Shown in pieces: positions 1 through 11,784 of a DNA stretch of 64,000 nt. Location: positions 1,426,001-1,490,000 of the forward strand of contig JAQGDQ010000002.1 of NCBI GenBank assembly GCA_030141605.1, written 5' to 3'. The stretch's first letter is position 1. The number at the start of each line of letters is the position of its first letter. Both the position numbers and the translations under genes were made by a program. Source of the DNA: Tubiluchus corallicola (taxonomy: Eukaryota > Animalia > Priapulida). Under the pieces are notes generated by a model. The model was not told the DNA's origin. It ran no database searches and worked only from the letters and a program-made list of their open reading frames with translations.

Positions 1-3000
1 TCTTTCATGCTCACTCTTTAATTGGCCGGTCGGTTACCTTTTGTACTAACAGAAGCGAGATGGCTAATTACAGCACTTGGTTTCTAAAATGCATTGATTT
101 TGTTGTTGAAAGATTATGGATGATCAAAGATTAATAAAACACAACACATGGAAATAGGAACTTTTTCGATTAAATAATTATTTATTTTACTTATTTAATC
201 AATATTAATTAATCACTTAATTAACATTTTTAATTATAGTTAAATAATGTCTATTTCTATCTCTGAAAAGAATTAAGCAGTGACGTCGCTCTCTAGTTTA
301 ACATTTGAATGTGAAGGATGCTTGGCTTGCCCAAAAACAATGGCGGGTAACTTACTCACGCTTTTGCAATGTAAATCGAGTGCACATCAGTGCCTTTAAA
401 CATATAGAAGAACATTAAACATTTAGAAGAGCTGGTTACAACTTGCAATTATCTTTCTGAATACGAGCGCATTTTTACACCATACCAAACGCTTTTCTTT
501 ATTAAAATTTTCTTGATTTTGCAGTCCACAATAACTTTAACAGCAGTAGTCTACAGTTTAGTAGTCCACCGTGTTTTGTGCAAACGTGTTTTTCTTGAAA
601 AATGTAAAACAAAGTGGATTTTTATTATGACAAAAATAATTTCGAACTCTGCAGAATAAAAATATTTGGAGTAATTTCTTACCATTTTTCTACAATGTAA
701 GTATGTAACTCACCCCGGCGTGTTTCACGTCACCAAAAGCGAAGGTTTTATTTCATAGTTGTAAATAGCATACGCACAGAGACTATCAAAGCATTAATGA
801 GTGAAACCGCTCGTCAGTTGCAACTAGTCTTTAAACTTTTGTCGTAAATTAATGTATTAAGATGCATCACTGCTTTTGCACTTAATGAAAAAACTTTGCT
901 TCTCTTTTGCCCGACATTGCTCATCCTCAGTCGAAGCTTGTTTCTGCTTCTCACTCCTGCGCGCATTGCTCGTTGTTGCTTAGAGGCTATTTGCACTAGG
1001 TTTCCATGAATATTTTGTGACGCTTGTCGCTTTATTACCATCATTACACTAGAGAAACCTAGCGGCGAATAGTCACAATTTTTTCTGCGACACAAAAATC
1101 GTAAAACCCTTGAGTTCTTTTGGGATGTAATTTAGCAATCGAATAATCGAGATCTTCAGAATGGTAAAGTACGGTGCTGCCAGGCAAAAAGCAGTTTTAG
1201 CAGGAAACTTGACCTAACTGCTACTTGAACGGTGCTTTAGCTACTACTTTCATAGAACCTGGACAATTTTAAAAACATTTTTCCCATTTACTGGATGTAA
1301 AAAGCTATGTGCACATGTCCCAAAATTATTTGTGGAAAACAATTGTGGAATTACTTAACAGGTAAATTATTTTTGGCAAAATTTTTTGCTGGGTGCTCAG
1401 TCACAAAATACTAAAACTTGATTAAAAGCTTCATTTTTACTCATGTGTAAGTTTTAAACTTCGTCTCTTTTAACTTGAAGTTTGAATGCAGGAGAATGTG
1501 ATGAATGGTTGAACCGACCAAGCAGCTGTTTTTCGACTTTTTCACAGTCATAATCAGTCCTGGCCAAGCAATAAACTTGGTACTTAGGATAACAGTGTAT
1601 AAGTTTTCTACTTGCTTGGCAAAAATATTAGAGCCGTTACAGGTAGAGGGGTCAAAAAACTTACTTAGGTGTTTAGTGTGATGAAAGTCATGCGCCGACC
1701 AACCTGGCAGAATAGAACAGAACAGAATTACACAGTACTCAGTTTGCTGCGTTACATTTGCAATGCAAATTAACGTGATGGTAATTTAATTGTACACGCT
1801 CTTGAATCTTGGAAAGTGCGCAGTTTTCTGCAAGATTATCCAGTATCCGAGTATCAGTAAATTACCATAAAACATTAATTAAAATAAAAATCTAATTACA
1901 CGTTCTACAATTATAAGTTTTGCGTTTCATTACAGGCTGATGCATCATAATAGCAAATCATTAATATAGTCGTTTGACCACTTTAATGCCGGTAACGCCG
2001 CATCTCGGCGGTCTTGTGAAGCTTTGAGGTTTTGCAAATATGAGGTTTTACACTCATACGATGTAATCAGATTCCTGCAAATAGCACTTTAAACAAGAAC
2101 AGGAATTGCAAATTTAACTAAAACTGTACAAATATTTAAGATGGAGACAAAAAAATGAAAAAAATCTGAGCAATATATCATTTCTATACATTAGTTTGAC
2201 AGATTTGTTAGACGATTTTTAAACGTACGCCCAAAAACTGATTTAGTTTCAAATAGAAATTAACTTCAAGTAGAATAGAAAATGTTAGGGAACGTAGCTT
2301 TTTAGTTCTCGCTTGTAATAATATTGAATTTAAGCAAATTAAACCAACATGGCTAGGCATTATTATTATTACAATCAACATTATGTTTGCAACATAATCA
2401 GTATACGTAAAATGCTAATTGAAAATATGCGTGGTAAGGCTCACCAGAGCTAATTAACGCTAGACAAATTTCAAGGGCTGAAGGTATATTAATTGTATTA
2501 CTGTCGCATCTTTTAATTTATGTCTTTTATGAGATTCTTATGGGCACTATCAATAGATCCCCTTTCTTCCTCACTCCCCCTTCTCTCGCTCCCTCTCATA
2601 CGTACATACTATTACTTCTATCTTCCACCCTCTCTCTCTCTCTCTGTCCTAAATATTGTCTTCTTTTAACTTTTTTAAAAGAAGATTTAAAAGCACAATA
2701 CGCTGTGTTTGTTCAGAGGATTGCCATTTATTGCGCATTTCTCTTTTTTACGGTTCCCTTACACAGCTTCCATCAAATTACTATTCCACAAAGTTGCGAA
2801 AAAGCTTTACTCGAGACATAATTGAAACGACTTTTCCTAATTTTCCTTTTGCGTATAAACTCACGTCAGATAAGTTTGGTAACAGAGCAAAACTAATTTA
2901 ATTGGTCAGAAAACGTAATCTGTTTAACTCGGTAGCCATGTTTATTGCTTCTCAGAGAAGCGAGCTTCGACAATTTGAGCTGCCGATTTGCCAAATTCTC

Positions 3001-3402
3001 TAGAGTGGCTTTTCATAAATTAAAACAGTCGGGTATAATATCGGTTGTAGTAAACGCAGTAAAACGGTTATAAGCATCTGAGAATTTTCTGTTTAATTAA
3101 CAGACAATGTATCTGGTTAGGCGAGAGCGTGCGAAGAGTCTGGAATCTGGAATTATCACCACTTTCCTTCCGTTTAACATTTACCTTGTTAAATCTTTCT
3201 TGTCCTGCAGATTGGAGACTCAAAAACGCTATAGGTAAAAAAAGGTAATCATTACGTTTTCTTAATTTTGCTTTGCAATCCCCCCCCACCCCATCGCCGC
3301 TTCAACACAGATTAGAGATTACAGACTACAGACGATGCACATTACAGAACAATTTATTTCCGGCTGAATGTGGATAAATGACGAGAAATAAGTAATGCTT
3401 TA

Positions 3403-4900
3403 GGCCCGTTTCACACAGAGAAAGGCGTAAGGAGCAAGCCATAATCGATAATCCGTAAGTCATAAGGCGTTTTCCAACTTCCATGAGGCGCTTGACGTAA
3501 TTTGCGGTATGTGCCTAAATAAATAGCAAGGCGTTCTGCCATAATCCGTTTTTTGGCGGGATGTGTGAATCAGTAACGTATTTCCGTAATTTATTAGTTT
3601 ACCAGATTCAAAATGAGCCAGCCAGTAGACCGTTAATAATTTTAATACGGAATATTCAAAAATAAAAGCAGGATGAATAATGTGGGCATGACCCATCTAC
3701 TGCAACAGGCAATTTCGTATTTCATAATAACAATATTGGAAACAATCAAGAAAGATAGGGAAAAATTGTTCAACTAGACTGAAATGTTCCTCCACTTATT
3801 TTACGAGCTTTTGGCACTTACAGAAGATCGCATAACACCAGGTTGGACAAGTAACAGGGGAAGAAAAAGACATTAAATACATAAAACACAATATTTCATT
3901 TTCGATGAAAAAGATGACTGCATTAAGACTTGTACAATGCCATCAAGTACTCAAGTAGGCCTACACTAATAAAATTTATTGTCACAAATCTCATGATATG
4001 CATTAGTTCCTTGGTACAGTAGAGTGAAACCATACACATCTACAAACTATGCTTGTATTGTTATAGGTTTATGGTAAAAGCCTTGTTGCAAACCTACAAG
4101 TTTGCGCTTCAAAAAGATTGTTTCATTTGACCTGTAGTTCTAGATAATACGTCTAATATAATTATACAAAACACAACGGTTGGGTTGCCAAACATTTGTA
4201 TTATTTGCATATTTTGTTCATGTACATATAAGCAATTTTGTTCATTACAGAATAACATATTTCCTTAAAAATGTTTCGTTATGTAAATTACAATAATCTG
4301 CGCCTGTCTAATTGTTTATTTAGTAAAATGTAATATTTAAACGATGGGTTTTTATTGTTTATAAGATCATTCTGTCATGAATAAATCCTGTGTTACGATA
4401 TAACTGTATTATGCACCGTAAAAACCACAATCTGTGTTGCTCTCATTATCGTGTTAGCGATGACCAAAACGCCTTATGGCAAATGAAATTAATGGCCAAA
4501 TTCATTTCCCAATTAGGGGCCTTATGAACTGCTCAAAACGGCTTGTAAGGAGCGTACCGCGGATTATGGAAAACGCCTTACGTAGGCAAATCGCGGAAGG
4601 CGGAAGATGGCAAATGGATTATCTGTGTGACAGGGACCATTGGTTTGCATACATTCATTTTTTGGGGCGGCTTTTTCTCCTCACGGATTATGTCCAGCTC
4701 TGTGTGGCAAGGGACCATTGGTTTGCATACATTCATTTTTTGAGGCGGCTATTTCTCCTCACGGCTTACGCCTTACGGATTATGTCCAGCTCTGCGTGAC
4801 ACGGGACCATTGGTTTGCATACATTCATTTTTTGAGGCGGCTTTTTCTCCTCACGGCTTACCTCTTACAGATTATGTCTTAGCTCTGTGTGACATGGGCC
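3403..4900. mobile_element. Non-autonomous PIF/Harbinger-type DNA transposon, about 1.5 kb
   Basis: Left end ggcccgtttcacacagag; right end reverse complement ggcccatgtcacacagag. TTA flanks both sides (3400-3402, 4901-4903). A related copy lies at 56577-57095. No transposase ORF. Confidence 0.8.
4622..4900 (+). repeat. Subterminal tandem repeat of the Harbinger-type element (3 units, about 78-92 bp)
   Basis: gggaccattggtttgcatacattcatttttt starts at 4633, 4711 and 4803. Confidence 0.9.
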
Positions 4901-5284
4901 TTATGAACATGTTGTCTGTTTCTTCCGTCTGCGCACGCGCCCTTCAGAAATCAATTCACGTTTTTAAGCGAGTGGGTAGAACATTAACTGTAACGTACTA
5001 TCAACAGCAGAAAAAACTGTGGCAAATGAAAGCTAGGGTAATTTTCATTTGTGCATATTAGGACGCATTTGCTATTACTTTCTGAGTTCAGTCAAACAAT
5101 ATTTGCTAGTGGTTGTGTCAATACTTTGACCTGCTCCAATAATTTAGCAAGATGTCACAGGGTGTCATATCAGTTGTTACAGTAGGACAATGTTGCCACA
5201 ATATTTACTTTATATAGTCATCTAATTGTGTAGCGTGGCGAAAAGTTTTTCGTTTCTATTTTTTTTGTTCGCGCTCTTGTTAGT

Positions 5285-5301
5285 AGACAGACGGATGGAT
5301 A

Positions 5302-5346
<45 letters not shown>

Positions 5347-5478
5347 ATGGATGGATGGATGGATGGATGGATGGATGGATGGATGGATGGATGGATGGAT
5401 GGATGGATAGATAAATAGGCAGGCTGGTAGGTAGGTAGGCAGGCACGCAGACAGACAAACACATAGACAGGCAGATAG
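5285..5478 (+). repeat. Compound tetranucleotide microsatellite (GGCT)n(GGAT)n with GGTA/GACA tails
   Basis: Read directly; it generates the PSIH/QPAS and WMDG pseudo-ORFs. Confidence 0.97.
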
Positions 5479-5784
5479 AAATTTATTTTTTACACGAGTA
5501 CATTTAAACTGCATGTGTTTCCAATGGTCCATACAGTTAGCAAAGTTAAAAAGAGACAGTTTTAAATAAATAAATAGCACACTAAAATTGCACGTTACAA
5601 TAGCGTAAGTTAAAATAATGAGGGTAAATTATCATTAAAATTAACACATACTGATAATAATGGTAATGATTTTAATTGTGTTGTGACATATGAAGAGACG
5701 TAAGGTTTCGCATTAAAAGGTTTAAATGTAATCTAAACAGGTTAAACTCGCTGTTAAATTAAAATAATTTATACAGAAAAATCC

Positions 5785-6150
5785 ATAAATCTGACATACT
5801 GAAGAAGCCCATAATTAACGACCAGTCTCGGTGTTGCCCATTGTTAGCAAAGCAATTAGGGTTATAATCCTTGAATGGTTCCACTAAAGGCCCGCTAGCA
5901 TTTGTTAGATTTATGGGAGAGCTATTTGATACTGAAATAGTAATAATATTAATATCCGGAGGGATTTAAATGAAGTCAAAAGAAACCCCCAAAATGGCGT
6001 AAATAAAATTAGTACCGTTCTGGAGCAAGTGAAATTAGAAAAATTGTTGGACGTAATCATAGACCATAACCTAACATGGAACGAAAATCTTTCTAAGTTA
6101 CACGGAAAAACTGAGCAAAAAATTGGAATTCTGGAAAAAGCTCGCCCACA
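5785..6150 (+). mobile_element. Decayed CR1/L2-type LINE reverse transcriptase fragments
   Basis: Translates to N*RPVSVLPIVSKAI at about 5813-5857 and VLEQVKLEKLLDVIIDHNLTW...(frameshift)LSKKIGILEKARPH at about 6017-6151. These match the non-LTR RT motifs NYRPISxLPxxSK and KxLGVxIDxxLxW. Confidence 0.75.
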
Positions 6151-6802
6151 CGCTTAGCAAATTACTTTAGTTGATTGTTTTATTTTAGTGGTCAGGTTAA
6201 TTCGTTTAAACGTAGTTACGTATAAAACTTTTTGTAATTTTGATGTGTAAATTATACCGTATTCAGAAGGTCATTAATTTGCTAAACGGTTCAATTAGCG
6301 CTGGTAACGAGAGTTTCAGAAATTTTACATTTATATTATTCATCTCTGTCACGCTATTATCCGACCTTTTGATTATAATTTCGGGAATGTTTTGGAACCG
6401 TTAAAGCGATTCCCAAATCTGGCGTACTTATGCTTGGTCTATGGGGCTTCAATAAGAAAAGACGGTTTTTATCTGTGTTTATCAATGTTTACAATTTTTA
6501 TCAATCTACCTTCACGTACGTTGATATTGTCAGCTCTCTGTACAAAGAGTTGATTGAATACATTAGCAAGTGGTCTTGGGTGAACTGCTATGCACTATTT
6601 ATGTCAATAATGTTGTCAAGTAGTACCCAACCAGTCTACAGCTCTTAGGTTATGCAAGAACATAGCTCTATTTGTCTTTAATTTTGTGGTATTTTGGGCT
6701 GTGATTATTTGGTTTGTTTTTATTTTTCGCACAGCTGCGTCGTGTTTCCACAAAAAATACAATTTCGTGATCACTGAGACCAATGGTTGCAGTTCCGTGA
6801 TG

Positions 6803-6998
6803 AGGGGCATGTTCGATGTTACTTTCGTATATGTGGTCAGTTATGGTTCTCGAAGTTTCAGTTATTCTCCTGGATATATCCAGAACTTGTGTTAAATTGT
6901 AGGGGCATGTTCGATGTTACTTTCATATATGTGGTCAGTTATGGTTCTCGACGTTTCAGTTATTCTCCTGGATATATCCAGAACTTGTGTTAAATTGT
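6803..6998 (+). repeat. Direct tandem duplication, 2 x 98 bp
   Basis: aggggcatgttcgatgttac...cagaacttgtgttaaattgt starts at 6803 and 6901, with 2 mismatches seen. Confidence 0.95.
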
Positions 6999-9099
6999 AC
7001 GCATCTTCTAAAAAGGTTTACCCACGTCCACGTTCAGGTCGCCAATAAAAATTCATCCATTTTAACTAAAAAGTAATTACTACCAGGTGGCTTGTAGTAT
7101 TATCCAACCAAAATAGGGAATGTTTCTTCGTAAATACTAATTTCGCTCCAAATGTGTTCAAGATCGGGATGCTCTAAATCTTCTCTGTGAACAGTACTAT
7201 GTCAGCTCATGTAACAAGTCATGAAATGGCACAGGATAAGATAAGTTAAAGATAAAGATAGGAAAGATAGGATGGGCCCGTGCATGGATCGCAGGTCATA
7301 ATTTTCAAGTGAATGTCAGCTATCACCACGCTTGAGTTTCTATACAGCAGTAGTTTAAATAATTTGATGCTTTATAGACAGTTTTTTTACAAATTTTTTT
7401 GTTATATTTTTTAAGTTTAAGTAATGAGTAAATGCTAAATGATTGGTCCTTTCCTTTAAGTAAGGTACAGACAGCGGGAGAAATTAATTTGTAAAGTCAC
7501 TGAATCAATTAGCATATTTGTCACCTTGAGAAGCGTTAATTATTACATACTTTAATAAAATTCTATTTTTCGGTTAAATGCTTGGCCCATTGTAATTTAA
7601 CTGGAAAGAATAATGCATTATTTGCAGCCTGTTTTGTTGCAATTCGCAATGTGTTTCTAAATTAAAGTAGTGAAGCTGTGTTAAATAGCGTACATCGTAA
7701 TTGAAGATCGTCAGTGATGAAGCCAGCTATTTACTGTATAATCAGCATGGCTAGAATGGCTTCTTCCTAGGAACTGCGGCATTTAATATAAAAAAGCTAA
7801 AAACTATATTCATGATGAGGTAACTTACTTTCACCATTTGCTTTAGGAAATCACACTCCTTTAGGAAGTCACGCTCCCGATGCATGTCCCTATTTTGCAA
7901 ACTGCGCAAACCTAGACTGTTGGCAACTGTCGGTATTTCAGTGGGTGCGCTATATTTTGATTTCATCAAGATTTTACATATTTACTTATTTTGTATACCT
8001 ATAGGTTATACGTCTGGTGTAGTCCGTAATAATATGTAGTCAAGAATTTACAGAATTTTTGGACCTAGAAATTGGCCGAAAGAAAAGAAATGTAGATTTC
8101 ATGTGAGCGCTTCATGTACTGTTTTGGAATTTGTTACTATCTTGGCATAATCATTAATTTCACTAGTTCTAAGTATTATTAACTGTTTTTTGTGTAATCA
8201 TGCAGGTTCTGAAGTATCTGCTAAAATCTTGCGTTATCAAAATGATACTGCGTACTACCTTTCATACGACAGCAGAGCGGAGTGGTAGGGATCGAATTGC
8301 GGTTGTAGCACCTCTGAAGCTTTCTTATCACCATAATCTTTCCTGCCTGTGTCAAGTCGTCACATTATCGTCTCTGTTTCCCAATTATTATTCTGGAGTA
8401 ATGGTAGCTATTTATACAGTTCAGGGCAAATTATAGCTTCCAACTCTTGATGGGTAATTGGCTTGTTAACCTCTCAAAGACTAATTCTTGTTTCTTCTAT
8501 TTGATCTAGTCGATTTCAGCTTCTGTCATGGGCTTGTGGAACCTAAAGAAAAACGGAAAAACGAAGGTTCTTTGTATGGGGAGTTTACTGAGAAGTCTTT
8601 ATTTTCTAAAGAAAAAAACATGAAATTTGCTGTGATCTAAGTTTACTGAAATTTGAACAAAATTTACAAAGCAAAATTCGCTATCAAATTAACAATACAA
8701 TACATTTATAACTTAATATAACTTATATAATCATATATAATTTATAACTACCAGCAGCTGCTTACCTGCCCAATCAAGTTCGTGGCTCCCTCAACAGTGA
8801 AAATAAAAAAACAAATTTTGGCCAAACAGGCAACTAATTATATGGGAATTTGCCCATAACAGAACCTTTGCGGACTCTCATGACGGTGAAAGTAATGACG
8901 ACTATATTGGATGGTAGTGATGCTGATAGTGGTGTTGGTAATAATAATGGTGATTATGACGATGGTGGTTTATGGTGACGATCTTGGGACACAGAAACAA
9001 CGAGTAACAGGATAGTAGAATTTACTATATCGAAGTATTCCTCATAAATATTGATCTTTTATGATTGAGAATTTTGTTCGAAACTGGCTTGCTTACACT

Positions 9100-9360
9100 T
9101 TACACGCATAGCATGTCTTAAAAGTCACTGGTTATACACTTTCATTTCTAATTTTCTTTTTAAATCTTTCTCCAATCTCACCAAGCTCTTACATGCACGG
9201 AAAGAGGCCTTTAGCTTTTACATTAACATTATCGTTAGAAATGAGGTGCACAATTACCCTGGCAATATATCCTTCGATCACCAATTGAATTTCAGCCCAA
9301 ATTTAGACCACCATAGGTACCACAGTGTCACCACTCTGTTCTCTCACTATTAACATGTTT
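9100..9360 (-). mobile_element. Possible decayed RTE-type LINE fragment
   Basis: The minus strand gives broken peptides (KAKGLF..., KRKLEMKVYNQ, CYACK) resembling the RTE post-RT region (KAxxxF...KxKVY...YxcExW). Confidence 0.35.
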
Positions 9361-9935
9361 TTCAATGCTGAAGTTTAAGCCCCTGGACTGTGAGAGGCTT
9401 CTCAGTGCAAGATACCCGACTTGTCATTGCATTGGTCCTTAAAGCTCTTGACCTCTAAAGAAGTTGCAAAATCGCAAAGCCTCTGTCGCAGTGTAGTCTC
9501 TTAAGAGATTTTCGTGTATTTTGACTAAAAGAATTGCCAAAGATTTTAGCTCATCAGTACGTATTGTACGTATATACGTATTTTCAAACATTTTGTTTTT
9601 TTAAAGTAAGATTACGTGAAGTGTATAGTGGTTTCTAATGCACTCCAAATATACATTAGCCAGTCAGACAACTAACCGTCATAGACCATTACACTGTACA
9701 GAGTATAATTACAGAAATTACGGCGTCATTAAAAAAACAAATGCTTCTTATCCTCTTTTTCTTTAAGTGGCAACTGTTCTAGAAATCCGCTCCCGACTCC
9801 CGGGCATTGTGTTTATTTTAGACGTTAGTGGAGGTGTTTGTTATGTTCTTGTACTATATTTTAGTTTTCTGGCTTATAAAATGCGCTGTGTTTACAGAGA
9901 AGCAAATAAATATTTTATAATTATCGATTTTAGCT

Positions 9936-10690
9936 CCTGGGTATTCGGCCCCAAGAAGATTCGCCCCAGGAAAATCTGCCATAGGAAAATTCTGTTCCAG
10001 AAATTGTCTAGGTTAATTTTTCCCCCAAAAAAATAAAACTTCATTCTTAGGGCAGATACCTACTGACAATTTGGGATGCCACATCTACTGGGCCCTGCAT
10101 AGCCCCAACCTAGATGGCTAGGTGCATTTATTTGGACTATTGCCACTTGATGATGGTCACTTGGTGGTTTTTAACAATAGTGATGGCTGTGATGATGATT
10201 GACGATGACGACGATGAATCGTCGATGATGACGATGACAATGATGATTGATGAATGATGGTGATTTTTATAATGGTGATGGTTGTGGTCGTGGCGGTATC
10301 ATTATAATGATTATCATGATGATATCATGATAATAGCATTGATGACAATTAATGGCGGTGACAATGATGATGATGTTTATAATAATGACAATGGCAAATA
10401 TGATGATTAGTGATAGTGGTGATGACAATGGCGACGATGATGATGACGACGACGGAGTCATGTGGTGCCCAGCATTAAGATGGGATATCCACATTGTCAG
10501 TGGGTTTTTGCTGTAAGCACAGTGTTTCAAATTTTGCGGGAAAAACTATTTTAGACATTTTGTTGGAATGGAAAATCCTGAATATGATTTTTCTATAGTC
10601 GAATTTTCCTGGGGCCGAATTGTCCTAGGGCCAAACTGTCCTGGGACCGAATACCCCGGAGCCGATTTGCCGGGGACCGAATGTCACTGA
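9936..10690. mobile_element. MITE-like element with inverted arrays of a short subterminal motif and an internal GAT-rich tract
   Basis: Left arm repeats attcggcccc/attcgccccaggaaaat; right arm repeats the reverse complement (ttttcctggggccgaat, gggaccgaataccc). GAT/GAC low-complexity tract at about 10180-10455. No TSD identified. Confidence 0.6.
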
Positions 10691-10797
10691 TGACTTACTG
10701 TAGCAGTTAATGACCATGTGAACAGCTTTCTGCTGCAAACTCATTATATCCAATTAAAATAGTGCCTGTGTTTCAAAACAAACTCATTAAACAGCCT

Positions 10798-11784
10798 CTA
10801 GTACCTATCACGTTCGAAGTGCCAGTTGTTTTTCTCACTAACACTTCTGAGTTGTTGGTGACGTTGACTTCTAAATGAGCTTTCCCCGTCGCAATCAGTT
10901 GGATTAATTTTCAGCTTGAGCAAGCTCGCGTAACCTCGACGGAAGTCTCTTCGGAAGATGCCATAAATAAACGGGTTGACACTCGAAGCCATCAGCTGCA
11001 CTACAGACGAAATGCTGTTGACATGTCCGGGAACTGCGTCGTTACTGCCACTTATCACTTTAATCAGCTTCGTAACACAAAATGGCGTCATGCAAATAAA
11101 GAACAACAACATTACCACCGTAATGCTTTTGATTGTTTTTGTTTGTTTATTTAAATGAGGCTGATAAGCTTTTTTTGCTGCCAGAATGATCACCGTGTAG
11201 TTGTAAGCAATTATAATACACGGAATAGTAAAACACGTGACAAATGCAACGACAACGTAAATGAGTATAGAGGTGGCAGCTTCGTCATTCCACCAGTTTA
11301 TGGCACACACCATTTCCCAATAATCATAGTGCGCCCAATTCAGTACTACAGGTACTAGGGCAAACGCAATTCCTTGCATCCAAGTGACACTTAAAGCCAT
11401 TTTGATGCGGGTGCGGGTCACCCGCATCCGATAATTGAGTGAATGTTTAACAGCTTGATAACGATCTGCACTAATTAGAGAAAGAGTTAGCATTGACACG
11501 ATGATGAAGCAATAGTTTAATCCACATTGCACATCACAGCATAATTTTCCTAGAATCCATTCCTCTTGTATGAGTGCCGCAATTGTTGATAGCATAACTG
11601 TCATTCCATTTAGCAGATCTGTGATGGCTAAATTTGTAATAAACAAGTTAGACATATTTTCTTTTAGCCTTCTGTTTTTTGCAACGGTCACAACAACAAG
11701 CACATTTCCGAATATGGCTAATAATGTGAAAATAATCAGAACAATAGCATAGCTGATTATTTCTATGGATTTTCTTTTCTCCAT
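10798..11784 (-). CDS. Intronless rhodopsin-class (class A) orphan GPCR, amine-receptor/GPR161-like; nested antisense in a spectrin intron
   Basis: 328-aa ORF with seven hydrophobic segments and class A motifs: GN (TM1), NLAITD (TM2), C3.25, SADRY (TM3), W4.50, ECL2 Cys (VCAINW), FTIP (TM5), FFICMTP (TM6), NPFIY (TM7), helix 8 DFRRG. Confidence 0.93.
   Translation of the reverse strand: MEKRKSIEIISYAIVLIIFTLLAIFGNVLVVVTVAKNRRLKENMSNLFITNLAITDLLNGMTVMLSTIAALIQEEWILGKLCCDVQCGLNYCFIIVSMLTLSLISADRYQAVKHSLNYRMRVTRTRIKMALSVTWMQGIAFALVPVVLNWAHYDYWEMVCAINWWNDEAATSILIYVVVAFVTCFTIPCIIIAYNYTVIILAAKKAYQPHLNKQTKTIKSITVVMLLFFICMTPFCVTKLIKVISGSNDAVPGHVNSISSVVQLMASSVNPFIYGIFRRDFRRGYASLLKLKINPTDCDGESSFRSQRHQQLRSVSEKNNWHFERDRY

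Noticed and set aside
4622-4900. CRISPR-like repeat-spacer array
   Set aside because: The spacers are near-identical, the array is inside a TIR/TSD-bounded element, there are no cas genes, and the context is eukaryotic.
4476-5061. ORFs MANEINGQIHFPIR... (also at 56815) as a duplicated protein gene
   Set aside because: They are chance translations of two copies of the same non-coding transposon and its tandem repeats.
5218-5580. PSIH/QPAS and WMDG repeat proteins
   Set aside because: Translations of a tetranucleotide microsatellite.
1974-5726. Large piggyBac-like element (ttgaccactttaatgc ... gcattaaaaggtttaa)
   Set aside because: The end match is short and imperfect, the left TTAA is not intact, and there is no transposase remnant.
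10267-10530. Small membrane protein ORF (poly-Ser/Ile); similarly 13406-13618, 15487-15781 and 43800-43988
   Set aside because: Low-complexity microsatellite translations with no splice or homology support.
10798-11784. GPCR1 as an opsin (ECL2 CAINW resembles opsin CxxDW)
   Set aside because: Position 7.43 is Leu, not the retinal-binding Lys; GPCR2 also has Leu there.
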